Below are positions 40,733 to 54,785 of a DNA stretch of 64,000 nt, in pieces. Each line of letters starts with the position of its first letter. Within the stretch, counting starts at the first letter, position 1. The stretch is from Felis catus. Taxonomy: Eukaryota. Location: positions 17,424,001 to 17,488,000 of the forward strand of contig NC_058368.1 of the NCBI RefSeq assembly GCF_018350175.1, read 5' to 3'. The notes under the pieces are model-generated. The model saw only the letters and a list, made by a program, of their open reading frames with translations, did not search any database and was not told the origin of the DNA. The position numbers and the translations under genes are program-made.

Positions 40733-42243
40733 AAAAAAAGAGGGTAGTTAAAAAACAAAAAACAAACAACAAACTCATAGGCTAAGTATTCTGGGTATTA
40801 GGAAGACCCGTTAAAAAACATGAACTGAGGAACAGCATTAATCTGTTCATACATTCATCAGCACTTACAGTAGGGAACATGACCAAAATTCTTTAGTAAA
40901 ATCATTTTATTTCAATGGAATTACTCAGGCGGTAACATGTGTTTAATTAGCTTTCTATTGGTCACAACGAACAGACTCCTACACAAAGATATCTCCACAG
41001 GTTTTGCAAATTGTGCGCAAAAAAGTTCATTTACTATTTAACGTGTCCCATTCCTCCAATGACCAAGAAATAACATCGTCCAACTCTACAAATGCCAAGC
41101 TTATGTTACAGGCGAGGCAAAGAGAGCAACAGACGACACGGACATGGGTCTGCTCTGAAGACACGTGTAACTTGGTGGAGAAAACACAAGCAAGTAACAT
41201 GGGAGGGACACTGGGTATCCAAAGAGCTGTACTGTTGAAAAAGCAAGAGATATCTGGGCAAACTGCATTCATCATAGTGTTCCATAGTCATGAGACACAA
41301 TGAGGGATGTTCTGGCTTATTACTGCATTCTCAGCTTCTACAATGGTACACTAACCAGTCTTGAACTCATACTCAATAAATATTAATGAGTGAGAAACAC
41401 TACATTAGGCGACATATATCCCAATAGACCCATATTACGTTACAGGGGTATGAAGTTATATATGGCTGTATTTTACAGCTACGCACGATGTCACATATTC
41501 TGTTGCAGAAGTATATTGGTTTTATAAATTCACTCACAACACATACAATTGGCTATATAATCCCACCCTAAAAATTATCTCAATTTTTGCTTTTTATAAA
41601 TAGTACCAGGGTAAATACCCTTATATACAAATTGGTATATATTTATTTCCTTGGAATAAATTCCTAGTAATAGAGTTTTGGGGTCAAAAGGCATGAACAC
41701 TTTAAGGCTCTCCTAGTTTACCTTCCAGAGAAGTTGTACTAACTTACATTGACTAGACAGCCTATTCCACAGAATACTCAGGCCCATGTTACTTCTGAGG
41801 AGGAAAAGTGACCTGATCAGAATGCTTTATATGGAAGAAAACAACAGCAGGAAATGCAGCGTGCCTTAAAGAATTTCGTCAAGAGAACCGATGAACAAGC
41901 TATTAACATTACAACTGTGGGCTCAGATCTTGCTTCTGCTCCAATAGTTCATGAGTAAGGTGAAGTTTTCTGCTGGCTCTGAGCTTAGCAGAGGCTGCAA
42001 GATTTAATGTGCCTCGGCAGTCAGGCCCCAGGAGAGGAGTCTGCATCTTCCTCAAGCGGGTTTTTAGTCATTAATTCAGTTTCCAGCCATCACGATCTTA
42101 AGAAACAAATACCTTAAGTAACAAATCAAGTAGGTTTCAGTAAGTACTACTTCTTCCATTCTTGAGATTTTAAAGCAGTAAACTGGAATTCTGCCTCATT
42201 ATCTATCTCTTAGATCTGATTAATGTAAGACTGATGACAATGA

Positions 42244-42488
42244 GGGGCGCCTGGGTGGCTCAGTCGGTTAATCTTCTGACATTGGCTCAGGTCAAGACCC
42301 CGTGGTTTGTGGGTTCAAGGCCTGCGTCGGGCTCTGTGCTGATGGCTCCGAGCCTGGAGCCTGTTCAGATTCTGTGTCTCCCTCTCTCTCTGTGCCCTCC
42401 CACCCCTCCCCAACTCGTGCTCTGTCCCTCTCTTTCTCAAAAATAAATAAACATTAAAAAAATTTTTTCTTTAAAGTTAAAAAAAAAG
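42244..42488 (+). mobile_element. Carnivore SINE
   Basis: Degenerate TSD AAGAC(T/C)GAT(G/A)ACAAT. Confidence 0.9.
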
Positions 42489-42801
42489 ACCGATAACAAT
42501 ACAAATTTAAAACATCACATTCACAATTACAGAAGATTAAAGGCAAAAGCTTGGAGGCATGGCAAAGCTACTAGGGGATGGAGAATAAATACCGACTGAG
42601 GCTTAAGCTGAGGAGCTGAATAGGTCACTCTCAAGCCATTTCCTCATCCGCCAGTACCCCCTTCACCCAGCTCTCATCCTCCACGGACTGTAGGGCTGTC
42701 ATTCTTGACCCATCGCACAAGAGCAGTCAGGTCATTTGTCACAGAAACACGGGAATAAGACTGTACTTTTTCATCAACGTTCAGAAGAACCCAGTGTTCT
42801 A

Positions 42802-42984
<183 letters not shown>

Positions 42985-43949
42985 TTACCATACAACTCTA
43001 CCTGGGTAAGCGTCTCCCCAATGACACAGGGAGAAAAGTGATTATTTCGTTTTAATTGGTGAATATAAACAACATGCTTACATAAAATTGATAAATATAA
43101 CTGAGCTGAGGCTCATCTGGTTACCTAAAAGTAACAAAGTAATTCAATAAAGAGCACCATTCTGAGATTCTTTGAAAACGTCCCCTCACAAGGAGTAGCA
43201 GGAGATCTAAGGCAATAGAAAAAAAAAAAAAACCTATGTGGCCAAATGCATAAGAGTCATGGTTGATCTAAAACTGAAGCTTACCTTGTGCTTTAATTTT
43301 GTATTTTTGTGCACATCTACAAAACACTTGTAGGTTGTAAGTCCCATATGTTATATGGTATATAAGTCCCTTATAGCACTTCAAAATGCAGGTGCTTGAA
43401 ATAAACAGCAACCTACAGACTGTTCCATCCTGCAGAGCAGGCTCTTTTCTCCTTGAGCTGACATTCATCACAGTCACTTACTCCATGCAGCGCTGAGTGC
43501 TTTCACATATCTTACAGTATCAAAAGTTCACATATCCTACCGAGTAGGTGAGATCCTTATCTTTACACCCGAGGAAAATAAGGTCCATAAAGAGTAAGTA
43601 CATATCAAGCCAAAAACAACATGTTGATCAGAATGTGGCAGAACCTAACCACAAACCCGTAGCTTTCTCAATAAGCCTTTCAAACTATTCAGAGTAGGAA
43701 GGCAATGGAAGTCACTGAAATGCGGACAAACCAAACAAATAATCTCAGTATGGCCTGTTATTCTCTAAGGTATAACCACGTGTAATAAGTACACTAGATA
43801 TTTAGATATAAAAATTCAGTCTACACGTTCACAGATTTTATTAGAGTTCCATTTGCTAATAAAATTCTAACACACACTAATGAGTTAAAAAAGATTTAAA
43901 AAGTTTTCCAAATTTTCTCCAATGAAGTGACAAGAAAATGAAATACTTA

Positions 43950-44045
<96 letters not shown>

Positions 44046-44508
44046 CTATTAATATAAAAAATAATGTTGTTTTCAACATGACAAGTTTTCATGCCAGAAA
44101 TTGCCTTTTTTAGGGAAACATGGTTAAATGTTCTTAATGTAAATATTTGAGGTAAAACTGCTTACTAAAAGTAAGCCCTAACAACCATGTGACTTCAACT
44201 CAGGCTTTTTCTACATAACCATTTCAGTTGAAGACCTAAGTTCCCCATGCACTCTTTCTTATCATTTCTCAGTGGATTCATTTATAGAAAAAAATACTTA
44301 CATATACTACTTTTCTCAGAAAGGTCATAAAAAAGGGGGTATTTATAAATATGGGAAATACTTGGCTTGAGAAGTTAGAAAAAAAAACTACATTCCTCAG
44401 CTAGAAGACCAAGTAGTCTATAATCAGGGATTCCTAAAGTGATGTCCACGTGCTGAATACTGTTACTAAGATAGGGTGACAGCAGAGTCACCTCAGGTAG
44501 GGAAAGGA

Positions 44509-44685
44509 CAGATTAAACAGTACGAGTGTGCACGTGTGTGAGCAGGGGGAGGGGTAGACAGAGAGGGAGAGAGAGAATCCCAAACAGGGACTGTCAGCGC
44601 AGAGCCCTGCTCGGGACTTGACCCCATGAACCGTGGCATCATGATGTGAGCCTAAATCAAGAGTCAGATGCCACCCAGGCACCCC
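44509..44685 (-). mobile_element. Carnivore SINE (degraded)
   Basis: Antisense head CCACCCAGGCACCCC; TAAACAG on both flanks. Confidence 0.8.
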
Positions 44686-44907
44686 TAAACAGAACTTTAC
44701 TGCAGAACTTTCTTAGGAGTCTTATAATAACGTGCACTGTGACACTCCAAGGTTGTGTGCAATGTTACATAATTTGACTAGGGTACTTTTGTTTTTGAAG
44801 ATAAGATTCAGACAATTTACAGATTTATGTTAACAGTGGATGGAATTCAAAGGAAAGTCAATGCCAGATCATTTAGAATCACTGCCCAATAGATTCCTAC
44901 AATTTAA

Positions 44908-45120
44908 ATTTTTTTTTTTTACATTTCTTTATTTTTGAGAGACAGAGAGAGAGCGTGAGTGAGGGAGGGGCAGATAGAGAGGGAGACACAGAATCCAAAG
45001 CAGGCTCCAGGCTCTGAGTTGTCAGCACAGAGCCCGACGCGGGGCTCGAACCCACAAACCGCAAGATCATGACTTGAACCGAAGTCGGACGCTCAACCGA
45101 CTGAGCCAGCCAGGAGCCCC
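44908..45120 (-). mobile_element. Carnivore SINE
   Basis: TSD TAGATTCCTACAATTTA. Confidence 0.92.
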
Positions 45121-45868
45121 TAGATTCCTACAATTTAGAGCAGTGGTTTTCAGACAATTTTATCCAGGTTAGCACCAAGAGAATTGGTTTAACTATATAC
45201 CCTTTTGCAAGTCTTTAAATGGACATCTAAAAACTATGCTACAAGTTTAAATATTTACAAAAATTGATTTATCTTTGTTATATATTTGTAAAAACTTTGG
45301 AACTACTGATTTAGTTCACTTCATTTATGAAAATGTCTATTGTATAACCTAATTGTCAAGATTAGTCCTCTGTGAAAACAACCAAATCAGACTGACTTTA
45401 TCAGAAAAGGCTGGACTCATTAAGTTGTGCCCATGCTAGCCTTTTGCCTCTAAATACCTTAGAATTTTAACTTTAAGGTAGGTCCAAGTAAGCAGGCCTC
45501 AGAGCTTTGTCATGAATTTTTCGTCTTAATAAAATAAGGTGAGGTCCCCATCAGTATTTCTTACAAAACCTCTCTGCTTTGGTCTCCCTCTTAGGAAATT
45601 ACTGGTCTCTTGGGTCCTTGGGGAAAAGATTTTCACCCTGGGGTGATGGGTGGATGGGTGAGATAACCTTTTTTTTTTTATAAAGTTAAAAAAAAAATTG
45701 TTAAAGAGGAGAAACACTAACACATCCAGACACTTTCTTTGCCAAATTAGTTTAGGAAGCTAAGGATCTGTAGATTTCCTTAAAGCTATCTGTGCCTGAT
45801 CCTCCAAGGAGAATCTTCCTACATAGCCAGATACTGTTTGACTTAAATGTCTCCTTTAATTTAGGCTC

Positions 45869-46057
45869 CAGCACTGTGCTGGCCATACAGTAGCACATGT
45901 GTCTATTTAAATTAAAATGAAAGAAATAATACAGTTCCACAGGCAGACCAGACACATTAGGTGCTCAAAAGCCACATGTGGTCAGTGGTTACCAGACTGG
46001 ACAGCAGAGATACAGAACTCTTCCATCATCGCTGGAAGTTCCATTTGGACAGTGTTG
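45869..46057 (+). mobile_element. MER3-like DNA transposon
   Basis: GTGCTCAA.AGCCACATGTGG..AGTGG.TACC and TTCCATCATCGC.GGAAGTTC..TTGGACAG motifs. Confidence 0.7.
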
Positions 46058-46175
46058 GTCTAAAGAATTATAAATATAAACCCAACTGACTACTGTTCTA
46101 AAACTAAATATAAAAGGATAAAGATATCAAAAATTTGAAGGACGCACACAAAAACACTTAAGAATTCAAATTCTA

Positions 46176-46520
46176 GGGGTGCCTGGGTGGCTCAGTCGGT
46201 TAAGCGGCCGGGTCATAATCTTGTGGTTCATGAGTTTGAGCCCCAAGCCAGGTTCTGTGTTGACAGCTCAGAGCCTGGAGCCTGCTTTAGATTCTGTGTC
46301 TCCCTTTCTCTCTGCCTCTCCCCCACTCACGCTCTGTCTCTCTCTCTCAAAAAAATAAATAAGCTTTAAGAAAAATAAGAATTCAAATTCTAGGGGCCAC
46401 TAGGATGGCTCAGTCGGTTAAGCGTCCAACTCTTGGTTTTGGCTCAGGTCATGATTTCAGTTTATTGAGTTTAAGCCCTGCACTGCGCTCCAGGCTGACA
46501 GCAGGGGGGGCCTGCTCGAG

Positions 46521-46566
<46 letters not shown>

Positions 46567-46630
46567 CCTTTCTCTCTGCCCCTCCCCTGCTTGCACTCTC
46601 TCTCTCAAAAGAAATAAACTATAAAAGAAA
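46176..46630 (+). mobile_element. Two tandem carnivore SINEs (46176-46376 and 46393-46630)
   Basis: Two heads and two tails; AATTCAAATTCTA occurs three times. Confidence 0.9.
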
Positions 46631-46883
46631 ATTCAAATTCTATGTTTTGTTTGCCTATAAATATTTTCTCTTCCAATCTGCCAATTAGGATCCTATGGTT
46701 CACAACTTAATAAGGTACATACAATTTAAATTCACAGTTTGGGGAGTCTTAATTTTTTTTAACAATTATTTGATTAATCAAAGTATAATAAAACTTAGGA
46801 TTAGTTTTTCTAATGCAAACAAATTACAACCTGAGATCAATTATAGAAAACAAGGGGAGAATTCAAGATACTTAAATTCTTCA

Positions 46884-46994
<111 letters not shown>

Positions 46995-48782
46995 TTAGCT
47001 CTAATGATATGTATTCGCCAACATTTCTACAAGATTTGTTTCAGTACTATGAATTACTATCCGGTCCCTTACTGGCACAAATCACAATTTAAGTGCTCAA
47101 TGGCCATCTGAAGTAGGTAGTTACCACGAGGAATAGTGCAAAAAGAGAACATTTTGATCATCACAGAGACTGGGGCAGCACTGCTACAGAAATAAACAAA
47201 AAGTATAAAATACAGGAAAAACAAAGTACCTAAAGTAAAGAGAATGAAAAAGTACTAGATGGAGATAAATGTCAGCTGTATTACGAATGGAAAACTCTAA
47301 AAATTTAGTGGAGAGTGACAGTTTTAATCAATCACAAAAGGGTGTTCACTGGTGTAGTTTAGAATAGGTCTGCTATCTCCTGCACTTTTCCTTGAATCTC
47401 CAGGGCACGGATCTCGTATTTACACCACAGATGTATTCCCTAAAAGTCTAAGAAGCACCATGAGTTACTCCAGCAATTTGTAAACAGTAGGGCATTTGGG
47501 GAACACAGTTAGCCAGGCTCTCCCACCACTACTGCCACCAGCGAATTTCAAATGAATGAGGGAGATACTAGGAGATCTCTTATAAAAGATGAGGAGGGCA
47601 TCAAGGTCACAACACTGAAGTTCCTGCATAGTCACCACCACCCTTTTCACTACCTCCAAGGGAAATCCAAAAGAGACTCAAAGAGGGAGTAATAAAATCT
47701 GGGTTAGAGAATTAATGTGTTAAGGTTTCAATTATTCTACAAAGCAAAATTAATGCTAGAGACTGGAGTGGCATATGAAGAGCAGAAAATACTTTCACTC
47801 CTTATAAAGTGACGTGTATGCTGCAAATGAGTATTATGCATATGTTCTTTACTATTATGGGAATAATGGTTTTACTATACATACACGTAGAAAATGCTAC
47901 CTGCCCCTTTACCAACCAAAAAAACGTCACTATCACGTCTGAGATAGGAAGTAAAACCTTCAATACAATAAGGAGGCTTAGAAGGTCATACTTAAAAAAT
48001 AGCTTTTAGTTTTTTAAAGTTTTTGATGACTTTAGCAAAGTGGAATAACCACCAAGGGAAGTTTTCTACAAAATTTCACACACACACATATACTCGAAGG
48101 AAGAAAAGTTATTATCTATGAGATATTATAAATCTTTGTAAAACATTTAAATTAAGGTGATTTTGAAAAGTAATGGGACAGCTGAAAAACACTCACTAAG
48201 TAGACAGCAATACAATGCATGCAATTTGTAAAGTAGCTTTTAGGCATTTAAGAGTCAAAACCTCTGTAGGCTTAAAGTGATCCAAACCTCAAGTTTTAAA
48301 AATCTTGAGATAACAGATGAGAAGTTGGAGCATTTACTAACTCCACCTACAGATTCATCCACTGTCTACCCTCTCCACATGCTTACCCTTTCCCAGAACT
48401 CTTCTCCAGAGGCACATTTCTCTTTCTGCCCTATTTCTCTATCAAGTGTTTTTTAAGTATTCCTCAGAAATCAGGCCTCTTTATGTATGTTGTGGGTATG
48501 CATACATATGCATACACTTTTTAAATTAGCCAACTCCCCCTAAAGCTGCATGAGTTTTCATTAAACTACTATGCTTAAAACATTCTTTGTCTGGCAGTGA
48601 CAGAAACTACTTATTAAACACCACATTTTGTTTTAACATGTAGTCAATTTTGTAATTACTGACTTATAAATACTGTACAAATTTGGGTATGTTTACCATT
48701 AGAAATCTATAAATTCATGATGCTGTGCTCAGAATAAATATTTGAAAACTGGTCTTGGACACTGAATTTTAAAATGTTACCA

Positions 48783-49255
48783 GGGGCACCTGGGTGGCTT
48801 AGTTGGTTAAGTCTGACTCTTGGTTTCGGCTCAGATCACGATCTCACAGTTCGTGAGTTTGAGCTCCATGTCAGGCTTTATGCTGACAGCTGCGGAGCCT
48901 GCTTGAGATTCTCGGTCTCCCTCTCTCTCTGCTCGTCCCCCACTTGCTATCTGTCTCTCTAAATAAACATAAATAAAATAAAATAAAAAATAAAATAAAA
49001 TAAAATAAAATAAAATAAAATAAAATAAAATAAAATAAAAATGTTAACACAGGTGCCCAGGTGGCTGAGTCAGTTGAATGTCTGACTCTTGATTTCAGCT
49101 CAGGTCATGATCCCAGGGTCCTGGGATTGAGCCCCTCATTGGACTCCACACTGAGTCTGGAGCCTGTTTAAGATTCACTCATTCTCTCTGCCTCTCTGTC
49201 TCTCTCTGCCCTTCTCCCCGGCTCGTGCTCTCTAAAACAAAAAATAAAATAAAGT
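48783..49255 (+). mobile_element. Two tandem carnivore SINEs (48783-49040 with (TAAAA)n tail; 49051-49255)
   Basis: Two heads and two tails; AAAATGTTA precedes both heads. Confidence 0.87.
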
Positions 49256-49377
49256 TAATATATGATATTGCAGTGAAAGTAGGTATGTTTGTAAAACACT
49301 CTAACTATACACTAGGTAAAATTTTCTTCCCAAATGGAAAGCTTCTAAAGTTTCTGAATAAATACAGCAACAAACTA

Positions 49378-49527
<150 letters not shown>

Positions 49528-50802
49528 CTAAGAAAGGAAAAAGAAAAACAGCATTAGCATATGTAAGCTAAATAGTAACATGCAGACGTCAAAAGTGCCT
49601 AAGCAACATGGCAGCCCTTCTTCAGCCCCAGCACAGGCAGCGAAAGTCACTGGGGTGACGTGACATTCTACCTTCCAGGTTCCGTGCAGTAAGGGATACA
49701 TTGAGACAGCAGGAAAACCTCCTGAGTCTCCCTACTCACTCCTACCAGGAAAAGGAACAAAGCTGTAAGAGGCAAGCGTTGACATTAATAGAAATTCCAT
49801 ACAGAATTCTTGTTAATGTTATTAGAGTTTCAGAACATCCCCAATTCAACCAAACTGTCATTTTTAAGAAGCCTAATTATATCAAACATTATTCACGCAT
49901 TCATGCATCAATTATTGAGCAGCTATTATGTGCTGAGTGATAGAGAAACATGAATGACAAGGTCTGGTCAGGTTCTCAGTACTTCCACTGGAATGTTAAG
50001 ACCCCAAGGAGCCAAAAAGGGCCCTCAATTCAATCTGTGTGCCTGCTACTAACTGGCCTTGTGGCCTCTGAAAGGCATTTTAATTAGCTTGAGAACCTTT
50101 TTAACCATAAAAAGGGAACAACATTCACTACCCACCTCAGAGTTACTGTGAAAATTAAAATAGTCAATAGTAGATCTGACACATAATAGTACTAAGTTAT
50201 GGTTCCTTTCCTCACAGGGCCTCTATCAATGGGAAGTTCAGAGAGAAAGTATGGTGGTCTTGACCCAGCACTATTCAGAACCAGCTAAAATCACATATGT
50301 TGTCCTTGCAACTGTTTGCCAAATTTAGAGATGGAAACAACCATAATTTGGTAGCTACTAATCATTAAAAATCAACTAAACCCTTTGTACTACAAAACAA
50401 TATTTGTATTTGGTATATATATCATTTTGCTAGGAGAAAACATGACCAGTTTACTGAAAGAAACATCCAGGTTGCCCAGTAGTTTTTCACTGAAAAGGGA
50501 AGTGAGGAAGAGAGAATGGGACTCTGGGTAAGGTACTCTTACTGTTGAGATGTAATCTCGGGAAGCGATTACCTGGTTTAAACCAATTTATATCTACAAA
50601 GTCTGAAAGCAATTTTTTTAAAAAACAATAGTAATTCTCATTTAGATATGCCTACGTTTTTATCCCATTTTAACAGACTTAAGACAATGCTGATATATCT
50701 AATTTGCTTGCAGACCAAAAATAAGGATTTAAATAAGAAAGTAAATTGCTATCTCATGTATGACTTTGATCTCTGGAAAATATCCTATTCCCCTCATTAG
50801 TA

Positions 50803-50804
<2 letters not shown>

Positions 50805-50840
<36 letters not shown>
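50805..50840. repeat. (TG)n microsatellite
   Basis: Read directly from the sequence. Confidence 0.95.
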
Positions 50841-50841
<1 letters not shown>

Positions 50842-52022
50842 TCTTTTCACAACATAGAAGGGAGAGATTTTGCAAATTGCAACCTATAACTTCCAAAAGT
50901 AGAAATCTCCTTGGTCTACTTGAACCCACAAATTACTTCCTCATAAACAGTAAATATCAGCTCGTAAACAAATTGTTACAAATTCTATACATATAGTTGA
51001 CAACCTGACATTTTAATGCAAATTTTAATTGGACAAGCTGGATTTGCAAAAGCTGAAATTTTGACCAAAAACAACATTCAATATCACCCAACATGTAAAT
51101 TTAACCTAATATGCGAATTTGAAAAACAGTTTTAGGACAGATGAAGAAAACCAACACTTTGCTTTATAGAAAATGCAGAAAAACAGCATGTCTACAGGCA
51201 ATTTCATTCATCTCATAAGCTGAAATAAATCAATCACCAGAGCATAAAGTAACAAATCCTACCCTGTCAGTCAAGGGTCTTAAAGGTTTGGAAATGGCCA
51301 CAAGTTCTAAGCAAAACACTCAGTATTAGCATACTAATGGTACAGATGGTCCTTCCAGATCTAATTATGTAAACACTTTGGTGCTTTAAGTATTTACTGG
51401 GCTCAAGGCTACATTCCAAATATTTTTGCTGTTTGGTTCATTCTGGGGAGGTCGGTTACATACAACAGCCTCGAAAAGAAGCAAAAACTTAGAAAACAGG
51501 AAGAAAAAAAGTGTTGAAATTCAAGTTATTGAAGCCCATTCCTAAGAATATGACTTTAAACCTAATACATTTGGACATTGTGTCCGTCCAGGCAACACAT
51601 AGCCTATCTTCAGATTTGAAAAACCTGCCATGAGAATTCCCATTAAAGAAATTTTATACGTATTATCTCTTAATTGTCAGTCTCAGGTTACTGAAAGATG
51701 AGATAAAAACTTAAATATTAAATCACTTTTCCGCCAAGTACAGAGCTATTAGATTTGTAGAGCCGGCTTCCGAACGAGTATTCTTTGAATATATTTTCCA
51801 CAATACCGCACTGATCGTCAAATTTAGCATTAACAACTTAATTTCTATTTGTATCGTGAAATATATCGCGATACAAGCTCCCGCAGTGTACATTAAAAAT
51901 TCCCACCAATTTTGCAATCCTAAAAACTCGCATTTTGCACCATCGGCACGCGGTCCTTCAAAGAGAATTAACTACGAGAATTCGTAGCTCATAGATTGAT
52001 TTAAGGCATTAAGTGAAATTAC

Positions 52023-52067
52023 CTTTCTAATTTCATCCAACACCGTTTCAAAGGACTTTTTGTCCAT
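52023..52067 (-). CDS. PROSER1: Proline and serine-rich protein 1, coding exon 1 (MDKKSFETVLDEIRK)
   Basis: aagATGG start, GT donor at 52021-52022, 45 nt. Matches the recalled PROSER1 N-terminus. Confidence 0.93.
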
Positions 52068-52299
52068 CTTGGTTAGTTTCGACGTGGTTTTACACAGTTG
52101 CACTTTCAATCACAAAATGTTCATCCCTGGTCTGCTCTTATAGTAAAAACGTTTATAGCTGAGGAGGAAAGACTCCAGGAGCAAGAAAAAGGATGCAAAG
52201 AGGTAGAGAGTACTTCAAACTCTGCAAAAATTTCTAAAAATGGACACTTATAAAAACTTTTTATTAAAAGCAAAAACCGCCAGACTTTCTCAGCTTCAG

Positions 52300-53650
52300 G
52301 ACACCTCGGGGAAGAGTCCGGTGCTCTCGGAGTCCTGCAAAGAAGCCCAGGGCTTGGCAGCCGGAGCTGAGCTTCGGTCCCCTGCAACTGAAGGCCAGGC
52401 GCCGCCGGGGAAAGGTCGTGAAGCCGCTCTCCCGAGTGGAGCGGCCGGGAGAGCAGATGCACCTGCGCCCCGGATCCTGCGGGCGGCGAAGAAGGAGGTA
52501 CCGGCCTCTCAACCCGCACCGGCGCCTAGGCCGCCGGCCGCCGCCCCTCACCGCGGCGCATGGCCCGACTTGCGTTCAACCCCAGCAGCTGCGCTGGCTC
52601 CTGGGTCCCGTAGCCCGGGCAGCGGAGGCCGGGCAGGCTCTTTGTTACCAGCTGCCACGGCTTCCGGGAGCGGGCCGGCAGCCGGAGAGCACCGGGAGCC
52701 GGGCGAGGGGGCCCACACTCTCCGGTAGGGGGACTCCCGAATACCGCGGCGCCCACGGCGTCTAGAGCCCTTCCTGGTTACCCCTACAGCTCCCACCGGC
52801 TCCTGGGGGCCTTTAAAGAAGCTCGTCGCGCCCCTGTAAACCCAACTCTGCGCCGAGAACTTAGGCCTCTCTTTCCCGAAAGCCAAAGGAGGGGTCCTGG
52901 TGTGGGAACGTAGGTGTCTACAGCAAATGCCTGGATTCCTCAGAATCGGAGGTAGCAGAAATCTTTCTCAGAGCTTGAAAATCATTTTTTGAGAGCCACA
53001 TTTCTATTTTGCGGGTTTGCATGTGTTAGGTTGTGATTTTTCAATCTTAATTAAAAAAAAATGAACGTAGAGAGGTTAAGGCATATCTATGGATACCCTT
53101 ATTTTTGGCTGACGGGCGAAGTCCGCAGTGTGGACCGCCCCAAGGGGCGGAAAAGGGTGGTCAGTGGGTCAGCCCGAGCCGTGTGACCTGGGGGCGTGGA
53201 CCCCGAACGCACCAGGAAACCGCTACCCGAGATCTGATTTTCTCTCACCCCGATCTGTGCTCTCCTCTGGGTTTTCAAAACCCGCGCATCCAGGAAGAGG
53301 GAATTGGAGATAGGAGCTTCGACCCCGAGGTTGGGCCGACGCCCTATGCGGCGACGAACGGCGTGGACCTGAGAGCGTTCGGTGGCCCCCAGCCGCCTGC
53401 GGACCCTTCCGTCTCGTCATGGCGAGATTATGGGTCGGCCTGGCAGGCGCTGGCTTCTTTCTTGCATTACTGGTTTTGCATTCGCGTTTTTGTGGCTCAC
53501 CGGTGAGTTGAGCAGTGAAGACGTGTCGGGTGTGTGGACGGCACCGTTGAGAGGCGACGCCGCTGTTGGGTGGAGGTGGCGGGCCCTGGCTCCCGCACTG
53601 GCTTGTCTCAAAACCCCCACCCGGGCCGAACTGCCGACGTCCTGCTTTGT
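52300..53650. promoter_or_regulatory. CpG island / bidirectional promoter shared by PROSER1 and NHLRC3
   Basis: GC- and CpG-dense sequence between two divergent ATGs 1351 bp apart. GC boxes GGGGCGG (~53144) and GGGGCGTGG (~53191); ETS-like CTTCCG. Confidence 0.85.
53419..53502 (+). CDS. NHLRC3: NHL repeat-containing protein 3, exon 1 ([28 protein letters not shown]), signal peptide-like
   Basis: gtcATGG start, hydrophobic leader, gtgagt donor at 53503, 84 nt. Confidence 0.92.
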
Positions 53651-53863
53651 CTCTTCGGGTTTAAAAGTTTGTATATGATGCATCGCCGTTTCTCTGTGTT
53701 CTTTTTTTCCCCAGACCCCACTACGTCTCCAAATAATTTGCAGGTTTGTATTGTGGCCCCCTTGGTCTTTCGACGTATAAACCCATTCCCCAATCATTTC
53801 TGTCCAGCAGCCTCAACACCTCTGTATCAGGTGTCAAGGCATGCTTAAAAATAAACATTTATT

Positions 53864-54085
53864 GGGGCGCCTGGGTGGCTCATTCGGTTGAGCGTCCGAC
53901 TTCGGCTCAGGTCATGATCTCATGGTCCGTGAGTTCCAGCCCCGCGTGGGGCTCTGTGCTGATGGCTCAGAGCCTGGAGCCTGTTTCAGATTCTGTGTCT
54001 CCCTCTCTCTCTGCCCCTCCCCCGTTCATGCTCTGTCTCTCTCAGTCTCAAAAATAAATAAACGTTAAAAAAAAATTTTTTTTTG
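53864..54085 (+). mobile_element. Carnivore SINE in NHLRC3 intron 1
   Basis: TSD AAATAAACATTTATT. Confidence 0.93.
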
Positions 54086-54145
54086 AAATAAACATTTATT
54101 TATTTATTTTTTTAACCTAGAGAGTGAACTGAATCTTAATCTTCT

Positions 54146-54181
<36 letters not shown>

Positions 54182-54334
54182 GTTTTAAGGAAATTTGCTT
54201 TTCAAGTTTCCTGGACAACCAAGGAAATTCTTTACCGGCTGGATGTGGGATGGCCTAATCGTCCAGAATACTTTACTGGAACAACATTTTGTGTTGCAGT
54301 TGACTCCCTCAGCGGATTGGTTTACGTAGCCCAG
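54182..54334 (+). CDS. NHLRC3: NHLRC3 exon 2 ([25 protein letters not shown]...GLVYVAQ)
   Basis: Poly-T tract plus AAG acceptor, gttagt donor, 153 nt. Confidence 0.93.
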
Positions 54335-54637
54335 GTTAGTAAAATTGGGATTAAAAAAAAAAAATTATGAATACAAAGGAAACAGCTTCTTGATTTGCTG
54401 CACTAAGTAACCATGTATGTTTACATTACGGTAATCGTGAAATTTGGTTTTTTTGGATTGGTTTTGAGTAAATATTTTGGTTTTGAATGTAATAGTTAAT
54501 ACTGTTAGGTTTTGAAGATGGTTTTTAAACATTATTAATTTCTCAATTAACCTTTAATTGTTGTTTTTCTCTACCAAAATAAAGATTACTTTCTAAAAAA
54601 TAATCTTATCTAAGCAGTTATTTTTATATACCTTCAG

Positions 54638-54785
54638 AGAGGGGATAACATCCCAAAGGTATTAGTGTTCACAGAGGATGGATATTTCCTACGATCCTGG
54701 AATTACACAGTTGACACACCTCATGGTATATTTGCAGCCAGTACACTACATGAACAGTCTGTCTGGATCACGGATGTAGGAAGTG
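54638..54785 (+). CDS. NHLRC3: NHLRC3 exon 3 ([32 protein letters not shown]...WITDVGS-G)
   Basis: CAG/gtatgt boundaries, 148 nt. NHL-repeat motifs PHG and WITD. Confidence 0.94.

Noticed and set aside
52121..53848. Many overlapping 60-160 aa ORFs in the CpG island
   Set aside because: Expected in GC-rich promoter DNA; many start at TTG/GTG and none resembles a known domain.
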